A stretch of DNA of 17,346 bases, from NCBI GenBank assembly GCA_041288045.1, contig JBGGMM010000180.1, forward strand, positions 1-17,346, written 5' to 3'. Position numbers and translations under genes: made by a program. Under the pieces are notes generated by a model. It ran no database searches and had not been told where the DNA came from. It saw nothing but the letters and a program-made list of their open reading frames with translations. How positions within the stretch are numbered: the stretch's first letter is position 1; each line of letters begins with the position of its first letter. Positions 1 to 7,323 of the stretch are shown here, piece by piece. Origin of the DNA: Pseudobdellovibrionaceae bacterium (GTDB lineage: Bacteria; Bdellovibrionota; Bdellovibrionia; Bdellovibrionales; Bdellovibrionaceae).

Positions 1-269
1 GCAAAAATGCCAGAAACAAAAATCAGGTTTTTACACTTCACAAAAATTCCATCCCAACTGCCGTTTTACTGCCGAAAGTGTCCATCATCAATCGGGAAAT
101 ACTGGGAAATCACAATCAAATGATTTCGATAAGTTCGATCATGAGCTTACGATGAGATCAAAATTCCCACCAGACAGCCAAAATACAAACATCACTCACC
201 TTGTGGTGAAAGAAATTAGAGATCAGAATCATGTTGTAGATATTGCCACCAAAGATCTGGAGGTCTTTC

Positions 270-524
270 ATGAAATTCCAAAATATCAGTCAGCTGACAA
301 AACTGACTCTGTCAGGAATCGTTTTATGTTTCATCATGACTGCGCCGCAAGCCTTTGCCACCGATCGTAAAGATTCGCGGGATATGAAACAGGAGGGTCG
401 CATGGACTCTCGGCATGCAAAAGATGAATGTACAGAAGAGACCTTACGCAATGGGAAGTGCCGACGGGACAAGCGAGATACGAAGCAGGATAATCGGCAA
501 GAGTCTCGAGATATAAAACATTGA
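270..524 (+). CDS. Small secreted hypothetical protein (84 aa), highly charged, two Cys in the mature part
   Basis: ATG at 270 follows a GGAGG Shine-Dalgarno (259-263), so it is preferred over the track's 243 start. Signal peptide MKF...LSGIVLCFIMTAPQAFA (AxA). Mature region has repeated D/E-S-R-D/H-x-K segments. Confidence 0.7.
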   Translation: MKFQNISQLTKLTLSGIVLCFIMTAPQAFATDRKDSRDMKQEGRMDSRHAKDECTEETLRNGKCRRDKRDTKQDNRQESRDIKH

Positions 525-535
525 TTTGTAAAAGC

Positions 536-558
536 TTGGAACCATTTCCAGGTTCCAA
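536..558. terminator. Hairpin between the convergent small gene and ssrA; probable intrinsic terminator
   Basis: TTGGAACC (536-543) / GGTTCCAA (551-558) is a perfect 8-bp inverted repeat just beyond the tmRNA CCA end. Confidence 0.55.
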
Positions 559-561
559 AAT

Positions 562-914
562 TGGTGGAGGTGCGGGGAATCGAACCCCGGTCCGCAAGAG
601 ATCCACGATAAGGCGCTACATTCTTAGTCGGTGTTTTAGTTTGATCATGGAGCTTCCATCGACAAAATCATCATGATCACTCCCCCAGAATTTTTAAATG
701 CAAAGCCTGGAGAAACCACTTTGCATCGAGATCCCTAAATGACGGATTCACCAGGAACGGGATCAAATCTTGGGAATCCGTACAGCGTTAATTAAAATTA
801 AGCTGCAAGTGCGTAATCGTTTCCAATTACAAAGTGCATGTTTTTAACGAGGTCCTCATACTCCCCGGAATGCTCCTCATGCTTCAGCACCCACGTCGAA
901 ACCAGGTCACCCCC
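562..914 (-). ncRNA. ssrA: tmRNA (transfer-messenger RNA), about 353 nt; tag peptide (A)GNDYALAA*
   Basis: The minus strand begins GGGGGTGACCTGGTTTCGAC and ends CCGGGGTTCGATTCCCCGCACCTCCACCA. Acceptor stem GGGGGTG/CACCTCC with G3-U wobble, T-arm, encoded CCA. Tag frame GGA AAC GAT TAC GCA CTT GCA GCT TAA at 824-798. Confidence 0.97.
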
Positions 915-952
915 AAATTTCTAAATGCGTTCTTCAACATCGAAGGAACAAA

Positions 953-980
953 AGTATACCTCAATTCCCCATTAGAACAA
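953..980 (-). promoter_or_regulatory. Probable sigma70 promoter of ssrA
   Basis: Minus strand TTGTTC-N16-TATACT, about 40 nt upstream of the mature tmRNA 5' end. Confidence 0.5.
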
Positions 981-1277
981 AAACTTTATTCATCTAATTT
1001 TCTTTAGAAGCACAAAGAATGAGCATGTCAGTTTGACACGGTTTCTGCTCTGAAATTCGATTTATGCTACGGAAACCCGAAAGTTATCAACGGAGTCCCC
1101 AGGGTTTTCCACAAAATGTTGGAAATTTGAGCTCGGTGATAACATTTTCTGACAAAAAAATGACAAATCTGACATGTCTAAATTTCCCTTAAATTGCTGA
1201 AGACTCCAGCAAAAAGCACCACTTTAGGGACGCATTTGATGCGCCGGGTGAAGGAAAAAGAGAAAGGCACCCTAAGG

Positions 1278-2273
1278 CTATTTCGTGATTGGAAAAAGCT
1301 GAAGGTTGAGCTGATACACACGATCACCCTTTGTGGTGAGTCGCTTCACACCAATATTTTTCTGAACTTCTTTTCGAATTTTTCTGAGTTGAAATCGAAG
1401 CTCTTCAAATTCTTGCTTCGTCAGTGCCAGAGTTGCAGAACCAAATTCTCTCTCCGTCGGAGCATCCTGGAAAAGAGATTCCAATCCCAAGTACATCAGC
1501 TCCGCTTGCAGTTTTCTGACAAGCGCTACGGGCACGTCCTCAGCGGATTCCATCAGTGCTCTGGCTTTCTTGATTTCCCCAGTCTGCGGGTCCTTCGCCA
1601 GCTCCCCGGCTTGAATCAAAGACTGCACTGCCGCCTGCAGTTCATCGGCACTCGCTTTGTTTCGCAAAGTCTCTCTGAGTCTCTCTGGCTCAAAGCTCAC
1701 GTCTTTCTGATCCACCAATGAATACAAAATCCAAGTGATCCAGCTTGGGATTTTTTCCCAAGTCTTTTGATCGATCTCTCCGGATTTTAGTTTTGAATCC
1801 ACACGTTTTTCGTTGAGCTCTTTCAAATGCATGTTTCGTTCGGCTGGATCCGAAGCTTGTCCATACAAAACCAGCAAACGAAATTCATCTGTGTGGTCTT
1901 TGGTAAGACCCATGGCCTTGGCGAATTTGCCGATCATGTCTGGAGAAAGATTTCTTCTGCCTTCGATGATCAGTTTTAAATAATTTGGTGATTTGATATT
2001 CGCAGCTGCTGAAAAAACCGCATAGCTGTAAGGGCGAATGTCGTTTTTCGAAATTTCTCTTCGGTACTGGTAATAATCCAAAAGGAATCTTCTGAAATCC
2101 AGATAGTTCACAACATTGGGAGCTTCAATCAACCCTGGCATTTTCTGAGTCAGAGCTTGTTGAATGACACTAGAGCTTGGTGCTGGTTCTGCAGCAGGAG
2201 CCGCCATGAGCGAAGCTTCTTGAGCTGCCACCATGTTCTCATCTGAAGTCATCTTCATCTGATTATTTTCCAT
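1278..2273 (-). CDS. TIGR02147-family protein (N-terminal HTH-like region, C-terminal DUF4423-like region)
   Basis: Family-like motifs Y-L-D-F-R-R-F-L-x-D-Y-Y, YSYAVFSAAANIKSPNYLKLIIEGRRNLS, EREFGSATL and the C-terminal VYQLNLQLFP. GGGGGA Shine-Dalgarno-like sequence upstream. Confidence 0.85.
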   Translation of the reverse strand: MENNQMKMTSDENMVAAQEASLMAAPAAEPAPSSSVIQQALTQKMPGLIEAPNVVNYLDFRRFLLDYYQYRREISKNDIRPYSYAVFSAAANIKSPNYLKLIIEGRRNLSPDMIGKFAKAMGLTKDHTDEFRLLVLYGQASDPAERNMHLKELNEKRVDSKLKSGEIDQKTWEKIPSWITWILYSLVDQKDVSFEPERLRETLRNKASADELQAAVQSLIQAGELAKDPQTGEIKKARALMESAEDVPVALVRKLQAELMYLGLESLFQDAPTEREFGSATLALTKQEFEELRFQLRKIRKEVQKNIGVKRLTTKGDRVYQLNLQLFPITK

Positions 2274-2388
2274 AGGCTCTTTCCCCCTGCATTCAAAATT
2301 TCACAATATCTTAGCCACCAACTCAAACAAATTCCGAATTCGAACTAAGATAAATCCCTTATTTGATTTGCAAATTGCTCAACAGTTC

Positions 2389-2429
2389 AAAAAGCCTAGC
2401 GAAAAGGGAGGGGATCTTTTCGCCAGGCT
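2389..2429 (-). terminator. Intrinsic terminator of the 2446-3387 gene
   Basis: Minus strand AGCCTGGCGAAAAG-loop-CTTTTCGCTAGGCT followed by a T-run. The G-U pair forms only on the minus-strand transcript. Confidence 0.7.
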
Positions 2430-2445
2430 CTTGAACCGGAAAAAC

Positions 2446-3387
2446 TTATCGTCTTAAAATCACTTCCACACGCTCAACTGTCAGGCGCTCGGCCACATCC
2501 AGACTGAGATCGTGCAGGTTCTGTCCAACCACGACATGTCGTTGCACATGAACTCTTTGACCGCTTGTGGACGGGCCGAAGCTCAACTGACCTTCGACAG
2601 AACCATTGACCATCAAACGGGCTCGGCCTCCTCGGGCATAGACGACAACGGATTCCACTCGGTATCCACGGTACTGATGAAGTCCTGTCAGATTCTCAAG
2701 ATTGATAATCGCGTGTTGGTAGAAAGTCTGATTGATGTAGCCCGGAAGCACAACTTGCTGACCTCCGCCACCTGGAGGAGGGTATGGAGGATTTGGCTGA
2801 TTGTATCCACCACTCAAATTCACCACAATGCTCTCGATGTAAAGACGTCCCCGAATTTGCAAACGCAGATCGCGAACATTCTGACCGATCGTCAGTTGGC
2901 GACGTGGATGAAGAGTCAGCCAAGACCCCGAGGCATAACTTGAATCCTCTTCGTAACCATCGGCAGTCAACACCACAGCTGTGTAGCCGTCATTAGATCT
3001 TGCGATCACTTCAACAGATTCAACTCTTTGGCCGCGATGATTTTGCAATCGCAGAAGACGCATCAAATCCAAGCTCTGATTTTGAATTGTTTGATTCAGT
3101 CGAACTTCTTCGCGATCTTGAGAGGGTCCGTGATTGCCATGACCGTTTCCGTTTCCATGTCCACCGCCCGGTGGATCATAAGGAGAAGGATCGACCGGAT
3201 CACCACCCCCATGATCGTTTTCCTCGTGGTCGCCGGGATAAGGAGGATTGTCTGGAAACTGGCAATCTTCACCAGGTCGGCAGATTCCGCCTTGGGCGTC
3301 TCCGTTGCCATCATCCCACTGTGCAAATGCCGATGCGCTGCAGCCCAATGCCCATAGCAGGGCCAAAACGACTCTCAATTTTCTCAT
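2446..3387 (-). CDS. Secreted protein (313 aa) with Gly/Pro/His-rich linkers and two tandem ~100-aa predicted beta-rich repeats
   Basis: ATG at 3387 (MRKLRVVLALLWALGCSASAFA-QW) follows a GGGGAG Shine-Dalgarno, so it is preferred over 3507. Repeats NQT...RGQRVESVEV.AR...GQNVRDLRL and NQT...RGYRVESVVV.AR...GQNLHDLSL. Confidence 0.8.
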   Translation of the reverse strand: MRKLRVVLALLWALGCSASAFAQWDDGNGDAQGGICRPGEDCQFPDNPPYPGDHEENDHGGGDPVDPSPYDPPGGGHGNGNGHGNHGPSQDREEVRLNQTIQNQSLDLMRLLRLQNHRGQRVESVEVIARSNDGYTAVVLTADGYEEDSSYASGSWLTLHPRRQLTIGQNVRDLRLQIRGRLYIESIVVNLSGGYNQPNPPYPPPGGGGQQVVLPGYINQTFYQHAIINLENLTGLHQYRGYRVESVVVYARGGRARLMVNGSVEGQLSFGPSTSGQRVHVQRHVVVGQNLHDLSLDVAERLTVERVEVILRR

Positions 3388-3440
3388 AATTCTCCCCCTG
3401 GTGTTGCTTTGACTTAAAAAAGTCTTCCCAACAAGAGTAG

Positions 3441-3456
3441 AGCAAGTGCCGGACCA
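3441..3456 (-). promoter_or_regulatory. Putative sigma54 (-24/-12) promoter
   Basis: Minus strand TGGTCCGGCACTTGCT (GG-N10-GC). It lies just downstream of the upstream gene's terminator and about 55 nt before ATG 3387. Confidence 0.55.
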
Positions 3457-3461
3457 AGCAG

Positions 3462-3508
3462 AAAAAAGAAAAAGTGACCCCACCTGCCAACGTTCCACCG
3501 GGGTCACT
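3462..3508 (-). terminator. Intrinsic terminator of the 3542-4756 lipoprotein gene
   Basis: AGTGACCCC (3473-3481) / GGGGTCACT (3500-3508) forms a 9-bp stem, followed on the minus strand by TTTTCTTTTTT. Confidence 0.7.
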
Positions 3509-3541
3509 CTGAGAGTGCAATTGAATTTAAATTTGGACTAA

Positions 3542-4756
3542 TTAAAGACCGGCAGCTCGAAGACCGGTCAGATCCTGGATCAAAACTCGAACCGAGTGAC
3601 CTTTGCGATTGAGTTTCAAAAAGAAATGATCGCGGTCACCGTCTCTTTGCAGATCCATATTCACAAAGAGAACCAGATCACCTTCGCCTGAATTGCGAAT
3701 GATTTGGACTTCTTTCAATGAATTGTGAATCTGTGTGATACGCAAAACACCAGTCGCCGGATCTTTCATTTCTTCCATGGTCAAAGCTCGCTCAGTCGGA
3801 GTGTTCAGCTCTGGAAACATCTGGGGATTGGCCAGGGGGCCAGCGATTTTGATCACTTGATTTTCATTTGTCAGCGCCATCATTTTGAATCCGGAACTTC
3901 CCTGCACGACTTCGAAAGTTTCCATCACAGCTGATTTCAAAGTGTTCGAGTGATTGGATTTTCTCTCTGAGAGCACAAGAAGTTCATAAAATTTTTCGCA
4001 TTCCATTGTCAGGCAGCTTCTTGGCGGGAACACTCCATCCAAAGAAACAGTGGTGGTGCGGAAAATGATTTTTGCATTGGCCTTCTTGTACGTCAGATCC
4101 ACAACAGCAGTTTCACAAAGACTTCCACCGCTCCCGGCGGCAGAGTCCATGCAGGCCAAGGTTGCCTCTACTGGCTGCACTGTCGAAGCCATGGATGAAG
4201 CAATGCTTTTCATTTCACCTACTAGGCGAATTTCGATTTTCTCATTTTCAATTTTCAAAGAGGCGTGATATTTGCCAGTGACATAATTGAAATTCAAAAC
4301 AGGCTTGCGAATGTTGTAGGCAAGCTTCAGATTCTTTGCCCTTTGCTGCTCGTCTTTGACTTGTTCTTGAACCAAAGTCAAAAATCCGCGCAAAGCATCT
4401 TTGCCTGCACCCGAGTAGCGCTGAGAGTCTGCCAGCATTTCAGCGATTTCTTCTTTGCTGATTTCAGTGCTATTTGAATTTTCCTTTTTATCTTTATTGC
4501 TAGTTTTGTCTTCATCACCAGTTTCGCCTGGCTTTTTATTGTTGGGAGGACCATTGCCCTTCCAAGTCTCATTTTTTTTGTCGTCGCCTTCATCTGGATT
4601 GGGAAGACTGTTCTTTTCCTGTTCACCTGCTTTTGGAGTTTTGTCTGCAACCGCTGGGGCGCTGTCGACAGATGAACTGTCTTTTTTCTTACCGCAAGCA
4701 ATGAAGCTCAGGCTCACGGCCAAAGCAATGATCACGCGTTGATTGAATTTTCCCAT
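3542..4756 (-). CDS. Hypothetical lipoprotein (404 aa) with a long disordered K/D/E/N-rich N-terminal tether
   Basis: MGKFNQRVIIALAVSLSFIA-C lipobox-like signal. GGAGG Shine-Dalgarno at 4768-4764. Long uninterrupted ORF. Confidence 0.8.
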   Translation of the reverse strand: MGKFNQRVIIALAVSLSFIACGKKKDSSSVDSAPAVADKTPKAGEQEKNSLPNPDEGDDKKNETWKGNGPPNNKKPGETGDEDKTSNKDKKENSNSTEISKEEIAEMLADSQRYSGAGKDALRGFLTLVQEQVKDEQQRAKNLKLAYNIRKPVLNFNYVTGKYHASLKIENEKIEIRLVGEMKSIASSMASTVQPVEATLACMDSAAGSGGSLCETAVVDLTYKKANAKIIFRTTTVSLDGVFPPRSCLTMECEKFYELLVLSERKSNHSNTLKSAVMETFEVVQGSSGFKMMALTNENQVIKIAGPLANPQMFPELNTPTERALTMEEMKDPATGVLRITQIHNSLKEVQIIRNSGEGDLVLFVNMDLQRDGDRDHFFLKLNRKGHSVRVLIQDLTGLRAAGL

Positions 4757-4786
4757 AAACGGTCCTCCGTCAAAGAGCAGACAGAG

Positions 4787-4802
4787 AGCAAGGCCAACGC
4801 CA
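4787..4802 (-). promoter_or_regulatory. Putative sigma54 (-24/-12) promoter
   Basis: Minus strand TGGCGTTGGCCTTGCT (TGGC, GG-N10-GC, TTGC), about 30 nt upstream of ATG 4756. Confidence 0.65.
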
Positions 4803-5171
4803 CGCTGAAAACAAAAAGATTCGCATTTGAGCTACTTTGCGCTGTCAAAGAGATAGTCAGGAGCCCAGTTTGGGCTCCTGACAAGTGTGAGAGGGGCGTG
4901 AAGGGATGTTAGATAGCACTTGCGTGCGGTAGGAATTAAGTGACTGATTTGTTTGGAGAGCGAAATGCCAACGGACTCGTGGCAACCGCTCGTGCGAGGG
5001 CGGCGGGAACGGCTGCCTTGGCCCTTGTTGTTTCCATGGGTGGAGCTTTTGGTGATGGATCCCCTTGAGGTGGCGGATCGAGCTGGCTGGGCTGATCGTC
5101 CCTCACGGGAGGCTGTTTTTGGGGTTTTTCCATCTTCTGAGATTTCAAACTTCACTCCTGAAAATTTTCGT

Positions 5172-5390
5172 TCAAATTGGCCAGTAACAGTCTTTTGCTT
5201 CATCAAAAGGATTCCACACTTTTCGGCGTGAAACGAAGCTGCGAGCTTCAAGCCTTTTTCGAGATTCGTTTTTGACTCTTTCTGACCTTTTTCCATTATT
5301 CTTACTTTCATTTTTGCTCTTGGCTCTTTGGGCTTCCCAATAAGCTTCAGAGCCATGCCGTGGAGATTTGTGGTTCACCCAAGCTGTCAT
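5172..5390 (-). CDS. Small basic hypothetical protein (72 aa), probably translationally coupled to the DoxX-like gene
   Basis: ATG overlaps the upstream TGA stop (TGATG at 5392-5388). Sequence MTAWVNHKSPRHGSEAYWEAQR...WNPFDEAKDCYWPI. Confidence 0.45.
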   Translation of the reverse strand: MTAWVNHKSPRHGSEAYWEAQRAKSKNESKNNGKRSERVKNESRKRLEARSFVSRRKVWNPFDEAKDCYWPI

Positions 5391-5923
5391 CAATTGGCCA
5401 ACTCCGGCGTTGAGAGCTCTGAACCTTCTGTCACCACCACAGGAACGTCTTCTTTGATCTGACTGAGCTTTCCAAGTGCGAAAGCCGCCATGGTCAATCC
5501 GAAGTCCACAAGAATCATGTCATAGTGTTGTCTCATGCTGAGCAGATTCAAAATAATCGCGCCCATCCAGAAACACAGAACCCAACTGAAAAGTCGCGGC
5601 ATCAAAGCCAAACCAATGGCAATACCGATTTCAATGGTTCCAATCATCGACATAAATGAAGAGGAGCTCATTCCTAAAAGATGCGGAAAAGCCGGAGACA
5701 AATATTGAGACCAATCCGTGATCATATTCACGAATTTGTCCATACCGGCAACGAGAGGAACAGCCACCAATCCTGATTGCAGGACAGTGAAAGCTTGATA
5801 AATCAGGCGGTTGTTCTCGTTTTGCCAAAGGATTGGAGCAGGTGTGACTTTGTACTCGCGACTGCCGCGATCAAAGCCAGATTTCCGACCATAATCCTTT
5901 ATGGACTGCTCAACATGAGCCAT
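5390..5923 (-). CDS. DoxX-like membrane protein
   Basis: Four hydrophobic segments with motifs P.VAGMDKF.N...DW..YL.P and IG.IEI.IAIGL, typical of DoxX-like proteins. GGAGG Shine-Dalgarno upstream. Confidence 0.8.
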   Translation of the reverse strand: MAHVEQSIKDYGRKSGFDRGSREYKVTPAPILWQNENNRLIYQAFTVLQSGLVAVPLVAGMDKFVNMITDWSQYLSPAFPHLLGMSSSSFMSMIGTIEIGIAIGLALMPRLFSWVLCFWMGAIILNLLSMRQHYDMILVDFGLTMAAFALGKLSQIKEDVPVVVTEGSELSTPELAN

Positions 5924-5959
5924 TCATCCTCCATGTCTAAATCGCTGACCACACCAAAG

Positions 5960-5975
5960 AGCAATCCCCATGCCT
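5960..5975 (-). promoter_or_regulatory. Putative sigma54 (-24/-12) promoter
   Basis: Minus strand AGGCATGGGGATTGCT (GG-N10-GC), about 37 nt upstream of ATG 5923. Confidence 0.55.
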
Positions 5976-6207
5976 TCCAATAATTTTGCTCTCACCAAAG
6001 TTTTGGGGCAGTTTTGTGCGCAAACACGAGGCTAACCCCCAATGAGAATGGGGAAATTTGCACTGCTTTGTTTTCATGAATGAAGTCTTTGTTTTTTTAG
6101 ATTGGTAAAGATTTAAGGAGATAAGAAAAGAGCCCAAAAAAAACAAAAATGAAACTGAAAAATTTCATGTCTGTTGTCTTATGTCTTCCATCTTCCGCTA
6201 TCCTTCC

Positions 6208-6380
6208 TAAAAAACTTGCCAGACGGCCACGATGGTCGTCTGGAAGCCTTCGCATGGACGGACATACTCACGTTTACCCTCGGCACCGCTGTGCTCGAGA
6301 CTCCCATCCACGATGTTGTCCGTCGGCACATCATACCAACGGTCAACATCGTGGATGGAGGGTCGTCGCGAAGTTTTTTA
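6208..6380. mobile_element. MITE/REP-like palindromic element with 10-bp terminal inverted repeats
   Basis: TAAAAAACTT (6208-6217) / AAGTTTTTTA (6371-6380). It encloses the dispersed 90-bp repeat and a hairpin with a perfect 15-bp stem. Confidence 0.45.
6212..6301 (+). repeat. Dispersed structured intergenic repeat, copy 1
   Basis: Aligns without gaps to 13168-13257 (73/90 identical). Contains the hairpin CCAGACGGCC-N5-GGTCGTCTGG and the stem GCATGG-A-CGG...CCG-CTGTGC. Confidence 0.9.
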
Positions 6381-6436
6381 CAGAAGTGGTGTGCGAAGCC
6401 CGCGTCTTCGCCTGATCGTGAACGTCCGTGTCCGTG

Positions 6437-6504
6437 TTTTCTGGAAATTCGGCCCTCCACGGCCTCACCCCTTCGGGGCTCGCCTGCGGCGAGTTTCCAG
6501 AAAA
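6437..6504. repeat. Palindromic stem-loop module with an internal C(UUCG)G hairpin
   Basis: TTTTCTGGAAATTCG (6437-6451) / CGAGTTTCCAGAAAA (6490-6504), 14/15 complementary. Inner hairpins GGCC-N6-GGCC, CCC-TTCG-GGG and CTCGCC-TGC-GGCGAG. Confidence 0.75.
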
Positions 6505-6537
6505 TCGCAATGGTTAGGAGGGAGGAAGAAGAGTGAA

Positions 6538-7323
6538 TTAGAGCTGGTTGGTTTTTAGGAAATCTAGAGTTGCTTGATTGTCTTTGAGCCATTTTTCGCA
6601 GACTTCGAACATTGGGCAGTGTTCTTCTACTAATTTCCAAAAATCTTTTGAGTGGTTCATGTGTTTGAGGTGGGCTAGTTCGTGAATCAAAATATAATCG
6701 ACCACTTCTAGTGGAGCTCCGATCAGGCGCCAGTTGATTTGAATGGAGCCTCTGGAAGTGCAGCTGCCCCAGCGGCTTTTTTGGTTTCTGAATTTGAGGA
6801 CTTTTGGGAAAAGTTGCATTTGATTGGACCAGATTTGGATTCGCTCTGTGATTAATTTTTCAGCTTCTCTTTGATAAAATTTGTGCAGCTTGGGGAAAAA
6901 AGCCTGAACTTGCTCTTCGTTGACTTCGTTCCACAGATTTTCAGGCAAATGCAGCTGCAGAAAATCTCCGTGCCTTGAAAAGAACACTTGCTTCAAAGGA
7001 GTCGGAACAAAGCGCAAGCTAAGAAGTTGACCCAAAAATGGAAAGGTTTCGGACTGAGTCAGCTTTTTTTCCGGAAACTTTTGCGCCATTTCGGCGAAAT
7101 TTCGCATGTGCTTTTCAATCCACTTTTCTTTTTGCAACAGAAACTCTTCGATTTTACCCTGGGGAGTGCGCAGGTTGGCTTTGATGCGAATGGGAGCCCC
7201 TGGCTTGAGCGATATGCTCACTGAGCGTCTGAACGCTTTGCGCTCGACCACAACAGACCACTGGCGAAAAGTGAACTCTTGTGCTTGAATCTCTGACTGT
7301 GAATTTGAATGACTCCACCACAT
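6538..7323 (-). CDS. M48/SprT-like (YgjP/DUF45) zinc metallopeptidase-family protein
   Basis: QKSRWGSC and DYILIHELAHLKHMNHSKDFW (HExxH) motifs. The start is uncertain: ATG at 7323 chosen, track gives 7362. Confidence 0.9.
   Translation of the reverse strand: MWWSHSNSQSEIQAQEFTFRQWSVVVERKAFRRSVSISLKPGAPIRIKANLRTPQGKIEEFLLQKEKWIEKHMRNFAEMAQKFPEKKLTQSETFPFLGQLLSLRFVPTPLKQVFFSRHGDFLQLHLPENLWNEVNEEQVQAFFPKLHKFYQREAEKLITERIQIWSNQMQLFPKVLKFRNQKSRWGSCTSRGSIQINWRLIGAPLEVVDYILIHELAHLKHMNHSKDFWKLVEEHCPMFEVCEKWLKDNQATLDFLKTNQL

Noticed and set aside
1..41. Possible GTG start of a minus-strand gene running off the left edge (MKCKNLIFVSGIF...)
   Set aside because: Only 13 codons are visible, which is not enough to support a call.
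562..600. Apparent tRNA gene (T-arm plus CCA)
   Set aside because: It is the tRNA-like 3' end of tmRNA. The matching 5' acceptor strand is about 350 nt away, with a tag frame in between.
334..606. ORF 334-606 (-), and ORFs 152-370 and 290-472
   Set aside because: They overlap tmRNA and/or the better-supported 270-524 gene, and have no recognisable features.
1194..1721. 175-aa + strand ORF
   Set aside because: Antisense shadow of the TIGR02147-family gene.
4832..5356. 174-aa minus-strand ORF
   Set aside because: Its C-terminal half reads through the GC-rich hairpin tract and gives S/R/G-rich sequence with no protein-like features. The coupled 5172-5390 frame is more plausible. Not fully excluded.
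6208..6504. CRISPR array, integron attC array or group II intron remnant
   Set aside because: There are no tandem direct repeats with spacers, no cas, integrase or reverse-transcriptase gene in the window, and no clear attC boxes or intron domain V.
6149..6640. Four overlapping ORFs (6149-6415, 6174-6536, 6179-6640, 6232-6558)
   Set aside because: Open frames on both strands are expected in GC-rich palindromic DNA. None has transposase or other motifs.
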